The translations under genes were made by a program, and so were the position numbers. Below the pieces are notes generated by a model. It made no database searches. It was given only the letters and a program-made list of their open reading frames with translations, and was not told where the DNA came from. From Seison nebaliae (lineage: Eukaryota), in the NCBI GenBank assembly GCA_023231475.1, contig JALJEE010001774.1:1-64000 (forward strand): DNA of 64,000 nucleotides, written 5' to 3'. Positions 11,005 through 26,439 of this stretch are shown one piece after another (position 1 is the stretch's first letter; every line of letters starts with the position of its first letter).

Positions 11005-14000
11005 TGGAATTTTGCACTAAAAATGATGAAATGTTACTATTTATAGATTTGCTCGAATGAAATTATCTTTCCAACGACTCTTCTAATGCTAACTCTAATT
11101 ACGATCATTACGTTACGTTAAAGAATATTTGTTGCTGATCATGTTAATCTCAAGATTTCTCCCAATCGATTGCATAGAATAATTTTAAATTTCCAATTAT
11201 TTCTCATATTTAATTTATAATAAAATAAATCTTATGAATTCGATAATAAAAATTTAATACTTTTCCTTTATTTATTTATATAATTTAATTTATAATAATT
11301 TCAATAAATCAATTTTCCTCCAAATGATTTTTTATGGAAATTTTAACGATTTCTTACAAAGTTTTCTCGATAATTGATAGTATGGATAAAAGAGAGAAAG
11401 AGAAAGAGTCGGAATTGAAATGTTATTAAAATACCAAATAAAATTAATATATTTTTTTTTCGGTTGTTCCAAGTAGATTAACATAACTGTCGAATATATG
11501 ATGTAATGGAGAGATAGAGTATATATACAAAATAGAATGTTCATCATCAAATGGCATGAGCTGTCGTCTCTCATTTCTTTATTCATATCATCATAAATGA
11601 TGGTTCGCTCTAAAGTTATTATCTCATCCATTTTCCCTATTTTCCAATTTAACATCGTATGTTAATTTTAAGAATCGAATTCAATTCTCATCAATTTTCA
11701 TTAAAAAACAAAATATTATTCAGAATAAAAATTATTAGAAAAGTTTTGTTGAAAATTATTTTTGTTTTCCTGGTGGAAGGAAGAAAAAAAATTCCGATTA
11801 TGTAATAAAGGAATAGTTGGGAATCAATTATCTATTTTACGTATTATCATGTTCTTTATTCTCCTCTGACGATTTTGGTTGATGATACAATTATTATATT
11901 AGACGAGGAGGATTATACATCAACGGATTAGTGTTATGTCAATGTTGTAGGAAGTTTAGGGTAAATGAAGTAGGAATATTGTGGGAGGAGTAGGTTGAAG
12001 AGTTATCACTTCCTCATTCAGTTTTATTTATTTTCTGATGATTTTATTGGAACTCACTAAAAGTATTCGATGTAAATTCTCGTAAATGAGAGAATGACGT
12101 TGACATTTCTATTTCCAGTTCGTTGGAAATGATAAAGTTCTCTGATAATTCTTCATTCATTCGGTGCCGTTCTTCTTGTTGTCAAATGAAATTTTTAATA
12201 ATTCTTATGATTATCAACGAATGTTAGCTTTCGGCTGACTTCATACGAACATGATCGTCGAGAAGAAAAAATTCAATAAAATAAATAAATCACATCATCA
12301 TTAACAAAAGACTAATAATAAGAAGAACAACAATAAAATTATTTATTGTAATTATTGCTCGAACATTCTTTTAATAAAGAACAGAAAGGAATAGCATGAC
12401 AAGAAAGAAGATGGTGGAAATTTCCTTATAATACGGTAGATGTCCGCATCGAAAGGAATGTATGATCGAATCCATCTGCCGGGCGAAGAAAGGAGAATTG
12501 CCACTTCCACCAATTTTATTAGAAGGAGAATTGGTGAGGGAAGAAAAAACAAGAGTGTTTTATTGGAGGAATCCTTATATTTTCCGGTTGATTATTGGAA
12601 AACTCGTTAAATTGATTTGTTTGTGACTGCCGAATATTTGAAGGCAATCAAATTGAACTTATTATTATTGAAATGTTGTTATCTCCTTCGAGGATAATAT
12701 TATTCAGATGTTCCACGTAATGAGTTTGAGAATATTGCTAATAAATGTTAATTGGAGAAGGAGTTACTTTTTATGGGAGTACCTGGAAGTTAATAGTTCT
12801 TTTCCCACAACTAAGACGGGGTGAGAGATCGGCTGAATAAAAAGTACATTAAGTGAAGATTTAATGGTAATGACACATAATTGTAGAAGAAATTTCTTTT
12901 ATAATCATTTCCACAATCATTTCTTCTTCTTTTACGACTGCACTATGTTAATTTGCTGAGGAACTTTATTACATCTTCATTTTTTCCGTCATCTCTTAAT
13001 TCTTTCTACTGTTCCAAGAAAGAAAAATAGAATGAACTTCAGAAATTATGAGCAGGAATTCTTCCATCGAAATCAGTTTCCTACTTAAACGAATTCAATG
13101 TGAACTCAAATCCATTCGTCGCTTTTTTGTTCTAGTTAAAGTCGATTGAAAATCATATTGACAAATGAGTCATCAACATCGCACCACTTCACCATCATCA
13201 TCGTCAATGGAAAAGAATTGATAAAAAAGACATTGATACTTAATCGCTCTTGACCTTCAATAGGGGAGGAGGGAACCGGTTCTAATATCTGAAAAATTTC
13301 CTCTTATATCACATCAATAACAATAATCTATAAGAAGGAGACGATGAAGAATAATCGTCATCAAACATAAAGATAATTATGATGATGGAGTAGTAGTTCT
13401 GTCTTGCAGCAAATCTTTTGATTTAGCAGATTATTTTCATTTGCATTCCTATTCAGTTAATCATCATCAGTCGTCTTTCTCATACGCATTAGGTATTAGG
13501 TGCAGCATACAATATGTGCCATCTTATAGGTTAGCACTAATTTTGTTGGATTTAAGGAAAATGCACGAATATTTTCAATAAACTTACGGTATTCTCATAA
13601 ATCGTAATAACAAGGAAAAATAATCGAGTTTTTGTTTTGGTTCAAAGAATTAACTATTTCTTCATTCTCTTCTTTCTTCTTATATGTTTCTAACATTCTA
13701 TCTTCTCCATTCGATCGTTCCTTATTATTTACGCGATTCTCTTTAATTATCCGATCTCAAAATTATTGTCAGATGAATCTAATATGACCATACAAGCAAA
13801 TATTGACGTTTCTTTTTTTTCTTTATAATTTATAACATTTTCCTAACGGAATCAAAATTCGATCATCGTAAAATATTATTTTTATGGCCAAACATTTTCC
13901 CATTTCAACAAACTAATAATTTTCGTTGAATATAATGTTGGGACATTAATTCCGTTTGTATTTCAACTCAATATTAAATGATTGATTTGTGAATCATTAA

Positions 14001-17000
14001 CAATATAATTTATTAGAAAAGGCTTTTCATCGAACTCATTCCATCACTGAATGAGATTAGTACTTGTACGATAAAAAAGAAACAACTAATAATTTATGTC
14101 GAACGAATTTAACAGGACCGATTTCGTAAATAACATAATTTACTCATATGATGACAAGCGATGATATGAGGAAGAGATAAATGTTTTAAATGGGAAAGTT
14201 GTAGTCGAAGGAAAAAGAATTAGCAGTAGATAGCGCAATAATTAGTAGAGTAGTTGAAGGATGAATTAAATGGAAAAATAGTTTCTATCATAACACCTTC
14301 CCAGTTTGAACGGTTCCCACACTACAACGCTATTATTGAATAATCAAATCGTTTAAGTTGGTTGAAGTTAATGGAATGAGAATTGGAAGACAAGAAGATG
14401 ATTTCTTGAGAAATTAGTTGAAATTATTTTAACGTTTCTTATATTCCACTTTTCGATTCTGTGAGGTTAATGCATTGGAAGTCGTATTCTACTTAAATCG
14501 ATTAGAGAAACCATATTTAACGATATCATAATAAAACAATGTTTCCTTCTTCAAAGTTCATTCATTTCTCGCTAAGTTTTTGGTAGGAAGTTCGAAGAAA
14601 TTTCTGCTCATTCTTTCTGTTTCTTTTGCGGATATTTAGTTTTGTGGCACTTTTCTAACTCTTTCTACAAATTATTTACTTAAGGCTTATCATTACTTAT
14701 CAGGGTTAAATGATGAAGATCCCGAGGCATTTCCTCATAAGATGTTGGGAATCAATATGATGAGACATTGGAATTATTAATCGATGTAGAAATGGATGTT
14801 TGTGGATTCTTCCTCAATCTTATTCAATGTTTGAGAGAAGTTCTTTTGTTGGTGGGAAATAATCCTCAAAATGAAGAATATAATTCGATTTTTGTTTATA
14901 GTTTTATAGTAGAATGAAAAAATTCTCTAATTCTTCTCGAGTTTTAAAAGATATTAATAATAATATTAATTTAATATTTCTGCAATGGCAATTATGTACT
15001 TGTTTGTTCAACAAAGTTTTAATTCGTGTCGGTATTGCTGATGGTCATAGTTTGTTAGGAGGGAGTGCAATTCTCCTTTACTAATCTGCTCTTACTAATA
15101 TCTAAATATATACTCTATCGAATCCACATGCAAAGAAAATAGTAATTCTCTTCTTAATTTCGTCTTCATCATCGACGAATTGGGATTGATTTGAGTTCTC
15201 CTGTACACGAACTTATGCATAGAAATAGCCATATGCATGGAAATAATGATTGTTCATTTTCTCCAAATTATATGCTCTCCCAATTGCATCCACTGCATCA
15301 ATGACCAACATGTAATTTCGATCCATGCACACACCACGTAGAGAGTGTCGGTATCATGATAACAAAGCAACTATTCGCACATGGCCATATTAGAAAGAAG
15401 CAGACTGACAGTTGTCCACTGCCATTAGGAGATGAGAGAAAAGTAAATTTATGATAGGACTTACCACCCGACACCTTTCATTCAACGTCAACTGCTTTCA
15501 ATACTATTGACTGAGACCGCTAATTCATTGAGTGAAAGAAATCGACCCATAATTAATAGTACATTTGGCAAATAATACTTTTCTCATTTTCTTTCATAGA
15601 AATAGAAATTAATATGAATTTCACCTTTATTCTATCCTTTCATCTTCACACAACAGACATATTTGTAACATCTACAAAATACTCTTTCAAATAACGTCAA
15701 ATTGTTCTTGTTCTCACCAATATTTAGAGACCAATTTCCTTTCTTGGAGAGAAGATTTATAACATAAAATAAAGTTCTACTTGGAAGTTTTTTTTTCAAC
15801 AAATATTCAACTTTTAATTTATTCTAATATATAAATAAGTTTATAAAGAAAACTTGAGCAAAAAATAATTTATTTTAGTGAAAAGTAAAAATTTTCTGAA
15901 AATACTTTATTTGAGTACTGTGTACTAATTTGAATATGGTGTCTACTAATTTTGTAGAATTTAAATTGGTTTTAGGTTTAATTTGAAAATTATTCTAATG
16001 AGATTAATGTTGGAAAATATGATAGTTATTGGTTTAATTAATCTCCTTGTGAAGTAAATGAGTCGTTGATTGGAACGGAATTAATAATTATTCGTCAAAA
16101 GATGAAACTTTCTCATTGAGAGTACGTGATGACTCATCACTGATGAGAATTTGTCAAAAAAAGGAATTCACGGAATGGTTAACATTCCTGAGTAGATACG
16201 TATATTTGTTACAATCATTCCTGCGACTACATTACAATTAGTCTCACTTCCACTATTGATAGATAGTCAATAGGACAAAACGATTAGTAAGTGGAATGAA
16301 GCGATACAACTTCCCATATCGAATTGCAGTGAAAGTAGCATAACTTCCGTATCCTATTTCTCGTCTCTCAAGTGTTCGTCGATGTCCTAATCATAGTTGT
16401 CGTTCTCACTAATTTTTTCCATTCATCAAAACTATTTATTTATCTATTCCATCCAGATGATTGTTTTCTATTCCACTTCATCAGTAACAGTTCTTCATAT
16501 ATTGTAATTATTAAATGAAAACAACAACAACAATCCTTCCGTATATCGCCCAAACCATTTATCTTTGTGCATTTGAAAATCGTTGTATTTACTCGTCAAT
16601 TGTTGGGAACTCTTCATTCATTCTCTTTAAACATAATCATGTTCCAGTAACCGAATTAATCTGCATCATCATTCACTTACCACCAAGTACTCAGTGTAGC
16701 CGATGGTCAGATTTTTTTTCATCTACTCACATTCTGTTTTAAATGAACAGTAAACACATCCTAAACTGCCTTTAGCTTGAAGGTTTCTCTTATGCTCCAA
16801 TTCATCTGGTAAATACATCGATGAATCTGCCGACGTTTTCATTAATCATTCTTCTCCCAAAAATAAATCATCATCTAAACTAATCGCTTTAAATTCATCA
16901 ATCTTCCGCATCGTTGCTGTTCAGCTGATTCCTTAAAACATTTTTGAAAAATCAAAAAATCATCTCATAATTTCGTGTTTCTCCCATCGCACTATATTTC

Positions 17001-19400
17001 CAATTTCTTTCCGCAACATTATTACAAAATTTCATTAGTTAATTAACTCATTAGTAAAGTTTACTAATTCATAAAGTAACACAAATAAATAATACGACAT
17101 GTAAGTTTACCGAAAAAGGAATTCCTCCTGATTATTCCCTCTAAAATTCCTGGGCATCATATGAACTTCCTTCTCCATGTTTTCTTATTTTTTTCTTATT
17201 TACCTCTCTAATGTCACTCCCAACAGATAAACGTGAGGAAACTATACATTTTTCAGCTCGAATAAATTTTGAGATAATCTTCTTCATTTCGTCGTCGAGT
17301 TTCGACCACATTCGCACTAGAAATTTCTCTTTCTATTGTTTTTTTTTTAAACAATCTCCATTGCTTCATAATATTGTGTTAAGCATCAGATTAGAAAGAA
17401 ATGAACGTATGATAACATAAATAAGTTCCCATTCATCATCTTTCGAAACGAATTGATCTATGATATTTTGACAAGTGAATTTCCACACTAATCGCCCAAT
17501 TCAATCCCACATTTTTCAGTTTTATCTCATTCATTCTCGTGAAACAATTCGTCAAAAGCGTTTCATTTATTATGACAAAAACGAAAACGGTTTCAAAGTT
17601 CAACAAATTGTCGTTGCCATTAGAAGATTACATCAGAATAACTGAACTCGTGGTTACGGTTTGATAGTAGAAGAAAAGATGAAAACGCCTTTGGTTACTA
17701 TTTTCCCCCTAAATAGCTTTTTTTCCATTTGGAAAACGAATTGAAATTTTTAGGAGGAAGAATTTCCCATTTAACATTTTCTTCAAACTTTTATAATGAA
17801 AATCATTCCGAAAAGAAGAACGTCATTCGAGAGTTTAATAGCTTTTCTCAATTCGATATAACGTGTTTGTTTGTTCAAATCACATTTGTACTCAGATGTT
17901 AGAAGAGTCGATCAGGAACAGTGGAACAATCTTTATTTCCGCAATCGCCCAATTACCAAACTATACAAACTACTAAAACGGTTTTAGAAGTTTTTCCAAA
18001 AATTTTTCCTCGAAATTCTTCCTCTGTTTTTTTTATAGTCAAGTGAAAAGTTATTTTTCTTAAACAAATATTTCAAATCTCAACATTCCAACGGGAGAGT
18101 TTGTTTAGTTTTAATCTTTCTTTCCTACTTCATTTTCTTCTAAGATTTCACTTATCAAATTAACAATTTAACGAGAGATCTTTGATCGTAACCAGATTAC
18201 GAGTCAAAAAGAAGGAAATTACGAGCTGAAAAGATGATAATTACAGGTTGAAAAAAGGGAGGGAATTGGGACATAAATTAAGAGAAATTTTATTCATTTC
18301 TCAATTTAGTTAGAGGAAAGTCAGATGATTTATCTTTGAAAATTGAAAGATCATTTCGTTTCCTTTAGACGCTACAGAAAATTGCACAAAATTTAAGAGA
18401 ATGATTGACAGCTGATGGATATTCCCATATCCAGTGTCCATATCAGATCGTAATATGAACAGGTGAAACAGGAGGACAAAAATGAGTTATTATTATTTTT
18501 GTCTTTCAATCGAACAGTTGTTTGGGTCGTCGAGAAGTCATCCATCATCATGATGTATATGTTAAAGTTAATCAATCTATCTCTCCAGTCGTAATCTCAT
18601 CGATGAATCATCAATATCGATAAGAGATCGAAGAATGGCAAATAAATATGATTTTAGAATTAAAATTAAAAGAACGAACAAGTTCATCTCATTTGAGATT
18701 AGTTTTGACGGATTCATTTTTAATTTATTTATGTATATAAATCATGATAATCATCTTTTATTGATAACATGCAACATCAACCACAATAACTTTCACTATG
18801 TGTCTGTTGGGTATTGCATGTCAACTGAATTGTCAAGAGTTTTCATTTTATTCAATACTCCCTCTCTTCTATCAAATGTTCTACCATTTATTCTGGTTCT
18901 TTGTTTTGGAAGTGTTTCTCTCGTTCTTCTTAGGAGGATAATAATAATAATTATTACTATCGATTGTAAGAAATTTGAATTTTCATTGAAACGAATCAAA
19001 ACAAATTATCTTGTTTTACCTTCAAACGGAAATTAATCTTCTCATTCACCCATTCATATGGTTGCAGTTGAGGCATGAGACATCGTTCTTGTAGTTTGCA
19101 TGTCGAGAAAGGAGAAAAAGAAATTTCATTTCAAGGTTTTCACAAATCATAATTATCTATTTCTATTTGTTTTCTTCATGAAGACAATCGATTGAAGAGA
19201 AGAGATTTATTCCGCTTTTCCACATTTCCCATAAGAGTTTTGTAAGCAGGGAGTAGATGAATGCACAAACCTCTTTTTCCAATGATCATATTTCTCATTT
19301 GAATCTCATATCATCCACTGATAGAACGGTATCATGATTCATAGAAGTAATTTAGCGAAGTAGCTCCAGAATGAGTCGTAGTTGGAAAGTTTCATTCCCC

Positions 19401-19474
19401 TTTAATTCTTTTATCAAACGCAAACTTTTATCATTTCCATTTAATTCTTTATCAAACGCAAATTTTTATCATTC
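19401..19474. repeat. Imperfect ~40-bp tandem duplication
   Basis: tttaattcttt(t)atcaaacgcaaa(c/t)ttttatcatt occurs twice in tandem. Confidence 0.75.
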
Positions 19475-22400
19475 GATTTAAGTTGATGACGGAATGATAT
19501 CATTCCGATGATTCGGTAACTTCAAACGAAAACCATCAACGCGAAACAGAAAAATCATTTTTCTTTCTCTCCCCAAACCAAATTCACTCGTTCTAATTAT
19601 GAAAGATTCGTTTATTCTTCTATTGATCATGATAGGAAAGTATGGATGATGATGATGATGTCTAGTACTTCCACCTATTCGCTTTCTCCTATTAAATCCA
19701 ATTATGGTAGAGATAGACAGTAAAACGGTCAATTCTTTCTTCCTCATCAATATTCTCTTCTTCTTTCTACTCTTTCTATGATTTATGAGTAACCGAATTA
19801 CATATTCGGATGGACGATTATACATTTCCATATTTTGTTATCTTCTAACAATATTATGTAAGAGAATTCCACATTTCCACTACTCACCCCACAAATACTC
19901 TGCCATTTTGTTCATTAACAATAATTAATTCATCTTTTCCTCCTTTCATTTCTACCATTTTCCAGTTGAGAACATTCATCTCATTTCATTTTTCTCCAAA
20001 TTGTTCCAATCGAACTCACTTCGATAATATATCGTCACTTACGTCATTCTCTCTGGTAATAAAGAATTGTCAGATACTGGAATGAATTGTCGAATCTTTT
20101 TTCTTTTATTCCCAAATAAAACCGCAACATTTGATCTATGACGATTGTGTTACTTTTGTAACTTTATATTATTCATCTGTTTACCAATCTTCTTCTTCTT
20201 TTTCTTCTTTTGCAGTTAGTGAAATTATTACGTAAGAAAATAGTAGAAGATCTAAAGTAATATTTTCTCATTTCGGAAGTTTGTTTCAGTTGATGAAACG
20301 GTTTTCTGATTTTAAAAAATAAATATTGAAGAAATTTTGATTTGCAGAATATCAGAATTTCATTCAATCTATAATCGATAAATATTCCGTATTTATTTTC
20401 CTTTTCCCAATTTCAATTAAAACGGTAAACGACGTGGTTCTGAGAGGAATCCGATGAAGGATATTCATGAGAATTCTGCGGGATTTCCAATTTGCCTTAA
20501 GGCAAAAACATCTGGAATCATGATTCATTTGATACCGTTACACATGGAAAATAACAATTGTGAAATAGACGAAAGATCAATTTCTCAATTTTCACACTTC
20601 GAACAGATGGATGATCAGTGGGAGAATTGGAAGAATGAATTTATCATAACGAGATAACTAACTACCTATTCGCATTAGTGACAAGATAAGAAGAAAATTT
20701 TCTCTTGAAAAACTTCCGAGGAAGATGGAATGAGAAAGAGAGAAAAGGAGTGCATTTATCAATAAAGCATGTAGAGGAACAACTGTCGTGTAACGGTAAA
20801 AGGAAAGAGAATGAATTGAGGATTGACAATTTGTGCATTGACGAGAGTTGACTCCCAAGTATTTCTTATCAGTAAATTTATTTATCAGATCATTGCATCA
20901 AAAAATATTGTTGTTGTCATCATCACCATTCCTCCATGCTCATGTCGTTACAGTTGTTGAGTGTGTGGATGATGGTCAGACCGTTGGGAATCATTCATTC
21001 CCTGTCATAATTAATGTTTATTAGAAAGTTAGACTAAGATAATGGTTCGATAATCGAACGACACATAACCAGAAGAATTGCTTCCTTCATTCATTTCTCC
21101 AAAGTTCCTTATCTTTCAAGAAGCGAATTCTACTGAACAAATTTATTTCTATTCACATTTCTGTCAAAACTCTAAACTGAACTGGAAGATATTAAGTTCG
21201 TTTAAGTAACTGTTTTCCTTAACTGTTCAACTCATAATTCTTATGACAAATAACTGTCGATGAGAAAAATGAAATAAATTGGGAATGGAGCAATTGTAGT
21301 GGACGTTAATCAATTTCTTTTGGAATTTCCACTCTAATTCGGTACAATCATTCTCATCTTCAGACTGGTAGTACGATTAGGAAGATTTGGAATGAATGTT
21401 TACTTTTATTAAGTGGTGCGAAGAAAAACACCGAAAATCTTCTAATTTGATTTTAGAGATACTAATGTTTTCATTCTGTTACTTTCACTCACACACTCAG
21501 TCGTCGGTGCGCAAATGAAGATGTGTGTGAATAGATCCACATTATTCATTTACACATTTTACGTAATCTCTTTTTTCATGGTCCGATACATTCGATCTAC
21601 TAATCACATAATTCGATAATGGAACTGTCGGTTATGTGGAAAAGTTTTCCAAATCTAATTTGATTCTTCTATTTGGACTTCTTTTCTTCCCCCCGAAAAA
21701 GAAAATTTCATATTTAATGAAACAGATATCTAATGAATCAATGGATATATTTCAAGTAAATTTTTATTTTAAGTGAAAATGTTTTTATAATTTTTTTAAT
21801 TTCATTATTTATCATCTTATTTTTTTACTATCAATATTTCATCCCATGAGATTTGCGAGGAGGAACATTCAATATATTCTTGTCAAATGATAAGTAAATA
21901 ATAATTTGAGATTTTGTTCAAACACTTCACACTCATTTTCGAAGAGTAATTGACGAGAAATTATTCTCTGCGGCTATATTGCTCAATACTTGAGATTGTC
22001 GTTACCATGACAACACTAACAGAAAATTCAGAAGATTTATCCCATTGTTTTCTAATGAAGATTTGATTGAATCAAATTCGTCAATTTGTTCACTTTAATC
22101 GTTTTGTCGTGTAGAACGATTTGGAAATGATTTCTCATAAAATTTTGCTTCTCCAAGAAAAGAAGGAATGGTAAATCTTTATAATTTATTCATAATTACT
22201 TCCATTCCCCTCACTATCACCAAATTATGGACAATTAAATAACAATTGATGTAATTCTAATTTTATTTCTATTTGATGATGGAAGACGAACAAGAAATTC
22301 TCCGGAAATGTCCTGATTATCGCAATCAATAAATATGTGTACCTCCTCCCCATTTCTTCTCGTCCATTTCTTTTCAATTATCCTCTCACATATCGAGATT

Positions 22401-25400
22401 CGTCGAACAATCGGTCATTAATGGGGAGGGGGAGAAGAAAGCATTCATCTCATTCTCACAGCAAGCCATCAACATTTGAGTGATGTTTGACCAGTATGAG
22501 ATTGGAGTCGAATCGAACCATAAAAAGTGATAGTAGATTATAATAATAATGACACCTTGAACACGTTTCATTTCCCCATTTTTCATAATTATCTCCATTG
22601 TCAGGTGTCGGTGATGCAGATGAGAGATGGAGAATAATATACTATTAGGAACAGATGTAGTAAATGTATCGAGATTAATTGAAATTCTCCCAAATCATGT
22701 GACGGAGGTGGACAGTGGCTATTCTCAACAATTCTGCTCTAAACATTTGAATATTCTTTTATTGTTAAATGAGACGTGGCCGATTAAGTGAGTCGAGTGG
22801 AAAGAAGGTCACGTTTTTCATAAAGAAGAATGTCTTCATATCGAACACACTCATTCTTTTCCTTCAAAGTAATCGACGATTACTTTTACTGTCGAAACTG
22901 AATTTTTTCTTCACAATCTGATCTCTCATTCTTCTCATTCTTCTCAAGATTATTTTGATAATATCGAAATAATCATATAAATATTTGACACGTATTTCCG
23001 ACTTTGATTGAGAAGTATGATTTTAAATAAACAAAATCTGATATCGGCTAAGATGAAGGGGGAGGATGAGAATTTAATGGAAATGAACTTACCAATTTGA
23101 TGATTAAAGGAATGACTTCCGATTTCTGGTATTGTGTCGAAGTGACAGAAGATATTTTATCGAAATATTTTATCGAAATATCTACTTGTTATTTTCATGT
23201 GTTTGAAGTGCGCTGAAAATATTCCAAATTAAAATACGATAGAAATTCCTTTCATTCACATCACATTTCTCACATCGATTAATCGATAAAATTTTAATAT
23301 TCATAATTCTCGATCTTTTAAGGAATTCCTATTAAATTGAATTTTAAAGGAAAATATAGTTTCTACTTATTTCTTCATTTTCTTTTCAAGTAGAACGTTT
23401 TCTTTCTGATCGTCGATTGAATATGACTAAATGAAGAAAAAAGTGGTCGAATAAGTAACCATCATTCTGAACGATAACGAACATTCTTAATTGTTTTCGT
23501 GATTTATGTCAAACGACGAAAAGAATTTATTTCATTGTATTGGGAGTTACATGGGAAAATTGGAAGACATTCACTTTCTTGAAAGAAAGTTGAGGACGTG
23601 CAATTTCTAATGGAACATGTTTCCAATTATTCCAATATTTCTCCTCAATTTTTCTGTTATATGATCATTCTTTCCATTGACGACAATCGAATTTTCCTTA
23701 ATAATATTTATCTAATTCATTTACAATTCTCGGCGAACGTCGGATATTTTTACAAATGTCATTGAAGTGATTTATTTTTAGGAAATTTAGTTGAAACTAA
23801 ATTTATTATTAGTTCGTCAACTAGGAATTGTTTACGAATTTGTTTGTTTGTTTGGATTGATAATGAAAATTGAATATGTGGAACGTACGGAAATTCATTA
23901 ACATCAGACGAATTTTCTGCAGCGAATGAGGAAGAAGAAGAAGTTGAGTGTAAATAGTTTTGACCTTTCATAATTAAAGTGTTAATTGAAGGAGACATAG
24001 AGCTCTAATCGGTACATCGTGAATGTATGTTGTTAGAAGTTATGATACGTCCGATCTCAGATTTCTTCATCATCATCATCTTCTTCATTTCGATGCGGTA
24101 GAAGAAATTGAGATGTTTTCACCTTCATTTCCTCCATCATTTCACTTCCATCATATACCACACGAGATGATTTTAGGAGAAATGTTTAGAAAGACTTCCT
24201 ATTGTGAGTTAGTTAATGAAATGAATGAAGGATGGAAATGGAGGAGATATTGGTGAAGATGAGTGATATAATCCATAATGGATGAAGTTATGAATAATAA
24301 TTGATATTTGACAACTATTTGATCACTCACAAATTCCTTTTCACTTCCTTATCCATCGACGATTTGTTATTCTTTCTCATACGTTTCCCCTTTCAACAGT
24401 CAGAGATTTAGTCATTCCGTCTCTCCAAATCCCACCAATCTCAATTTGCTTTATGGAGGAAGGAGATTGTTACAATGAGTCGATGTTTGTCCGTTTCCAA
24501 AATGTGAAGGTGTTGACGGAGGAGTCAATGAACTCTACCACATCACCAATCTTGATAAGATGATTGGTAAGATCATGTCGATCGATTATATAATCGTCGT
24601 TATTTATCTATTTTTTTATCTACGTCCATATAATTTTCATTTCTTTCATTTGATGAGATAGAAGATGGTTTGAGAACAATTAATATCGAACCACACTATC
24701 GACAAACAATACATCGACTGATTGCTGTGAGATGGAAAGCGGAAATTAGTAACAATCATGAGAGTTCAATCTCTTCATTAGTTATTGGCATTAGTAGTAT
24801 GATGATAGAGAGAGTAGAGAATAGATACACAAGATGATCTTAGCCTAGTCATAAGTCGTCGATAAATATTCGAATTGAATTAACTGATTATTTGAGAGGG
24901 GGAGTGAATAAATCGAATCATTCCCATCATGTCAATGAAGATGACGATAACAACTCCTTCTCAAAGTCAATAATAAGAATTTCATAAATTGATGATCTTT
25001 TCATCATTATCTTATAAATGTTTAATTGTCATATTGGTAGAGACGATATACCATTTATGTTGTTTACTTATATGCCAATTGAAGTTGGAAGATGAAACGA
25101 TCGAACGATTGACCTGATTCATCCATTTTTTTCTATTGCCTCATATCTTCACTGGTTACAATGAAATTATTAGTTGTATTGCGATCATGGCGTGTAGACA
25201 AGTGGTAGACGAGGAGTTACTTTGTTCGATTACTTTTTCTTCTTCTTCTTCTTCCATTGCGTTCGTCCTTAACTCACTCGTCAATCGTTCATTGCATGAT
25301 ACATTTTATTCTCACAAAACATTAATACTCTAATTTTAGAAATGAGCTTATGAGAATCGAAGGAGACTAACTCTAGCGCAAGAACACAATTGAGTTTTGT

Positions 25401-26439
25401 GAAGAAGAAGAAGAAGAATGGAGTGTTTCTCTAACAATTCAACGAAGAAATTTCTCCTTCTTATCTTCTTTAGTTTGTTCATCTAATCTCGTTGATCATG
25501 TGCGATAAATGAAAACGAATCAATTTAACTTTCTCTTCCTCTTAATTCGAGAAGTAGAGAAAGGTTCTCGGAGCAAATTGAATTTAATAGTTGCATGAAT
25601 TAATAGTGATCATCAATGATGATGTGTATGAGGGAGAAATCAAAAAAAAAAGAAACATTTTCTTCACAAAATTTATTATAATTCAATAATTGATTTTTTC
25701 CCATATTAAAATGAGTGTGATTATTCTAATCGTTCTTCATGGCCTCTTCAAGTTCAATATGTGGATTATCATGTTGTTATGTAATGATCATGCATTTGTT
25801 AAGTGCACTTTTCTTTCTCTCAATGAACGATCAGGTTTGAGTATGATGACGACGATGCTTCAAGTGGTTAATAAGTAAAAAAATCATTTCCTTCTTCTCC
25901 CTAGTCATATTGAAAGTATTATTATAGAAGTTTTATTCTCTTTAGCATTCCTCCTTTTTTTCCATCAATGATTTCATTCAATCTTTCCATCAAAACCATC
26001 ATTTCGATGACATTATGATGAACAGGTTAAAGAATAATCAAGAACATTAAACTTTCTTATATTCCTATCAAATTCCATTTCCAATGAACTATTCTATTCT
26101 ATTCCATTCCATTCTTCTTTCTTCTACTTCTTCTTCTTCTTCTATGACAAGAAGAAACTGATGTAATTTTGTCGATCGAACTACCAGATCGATTATTTCC
26201 CTAATGATATGAACTGAACGTCTCTGTGTATTTGGCATAAAACTGGAACTGATTTAAATTTCATAAACTTTTCATATTTTATGTCATTCCTTCACTTTCT
26301 TAAATGTTTATCACTTATTTATTTCTTCAATAATTCGTCGAATAATAAACGTCATTTATTTTTCATTTTTCATTTTCTCATAGAAATTTTCTTCTTTTTC
26401 CACGAAATTTAATGCTGCATTCGACTCAATAGAAGATTT

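Noticed and set aside
14709..14760. Box C-like ATGATGA followed by CGAGGCATTT (possible rRNA complement), as a C/D snoRNA
   Set aside because: No properly placed box D or D', no terminal stem, and the 10-nt match could be chance.
11332..25333. About 20 short ORFs (60-133 aa) in the gene-poor tract
   Set aside because: F/I/L/S-rich composition expected from AT-rich noncoding DNA, with no motifs and no consistent exon chain.
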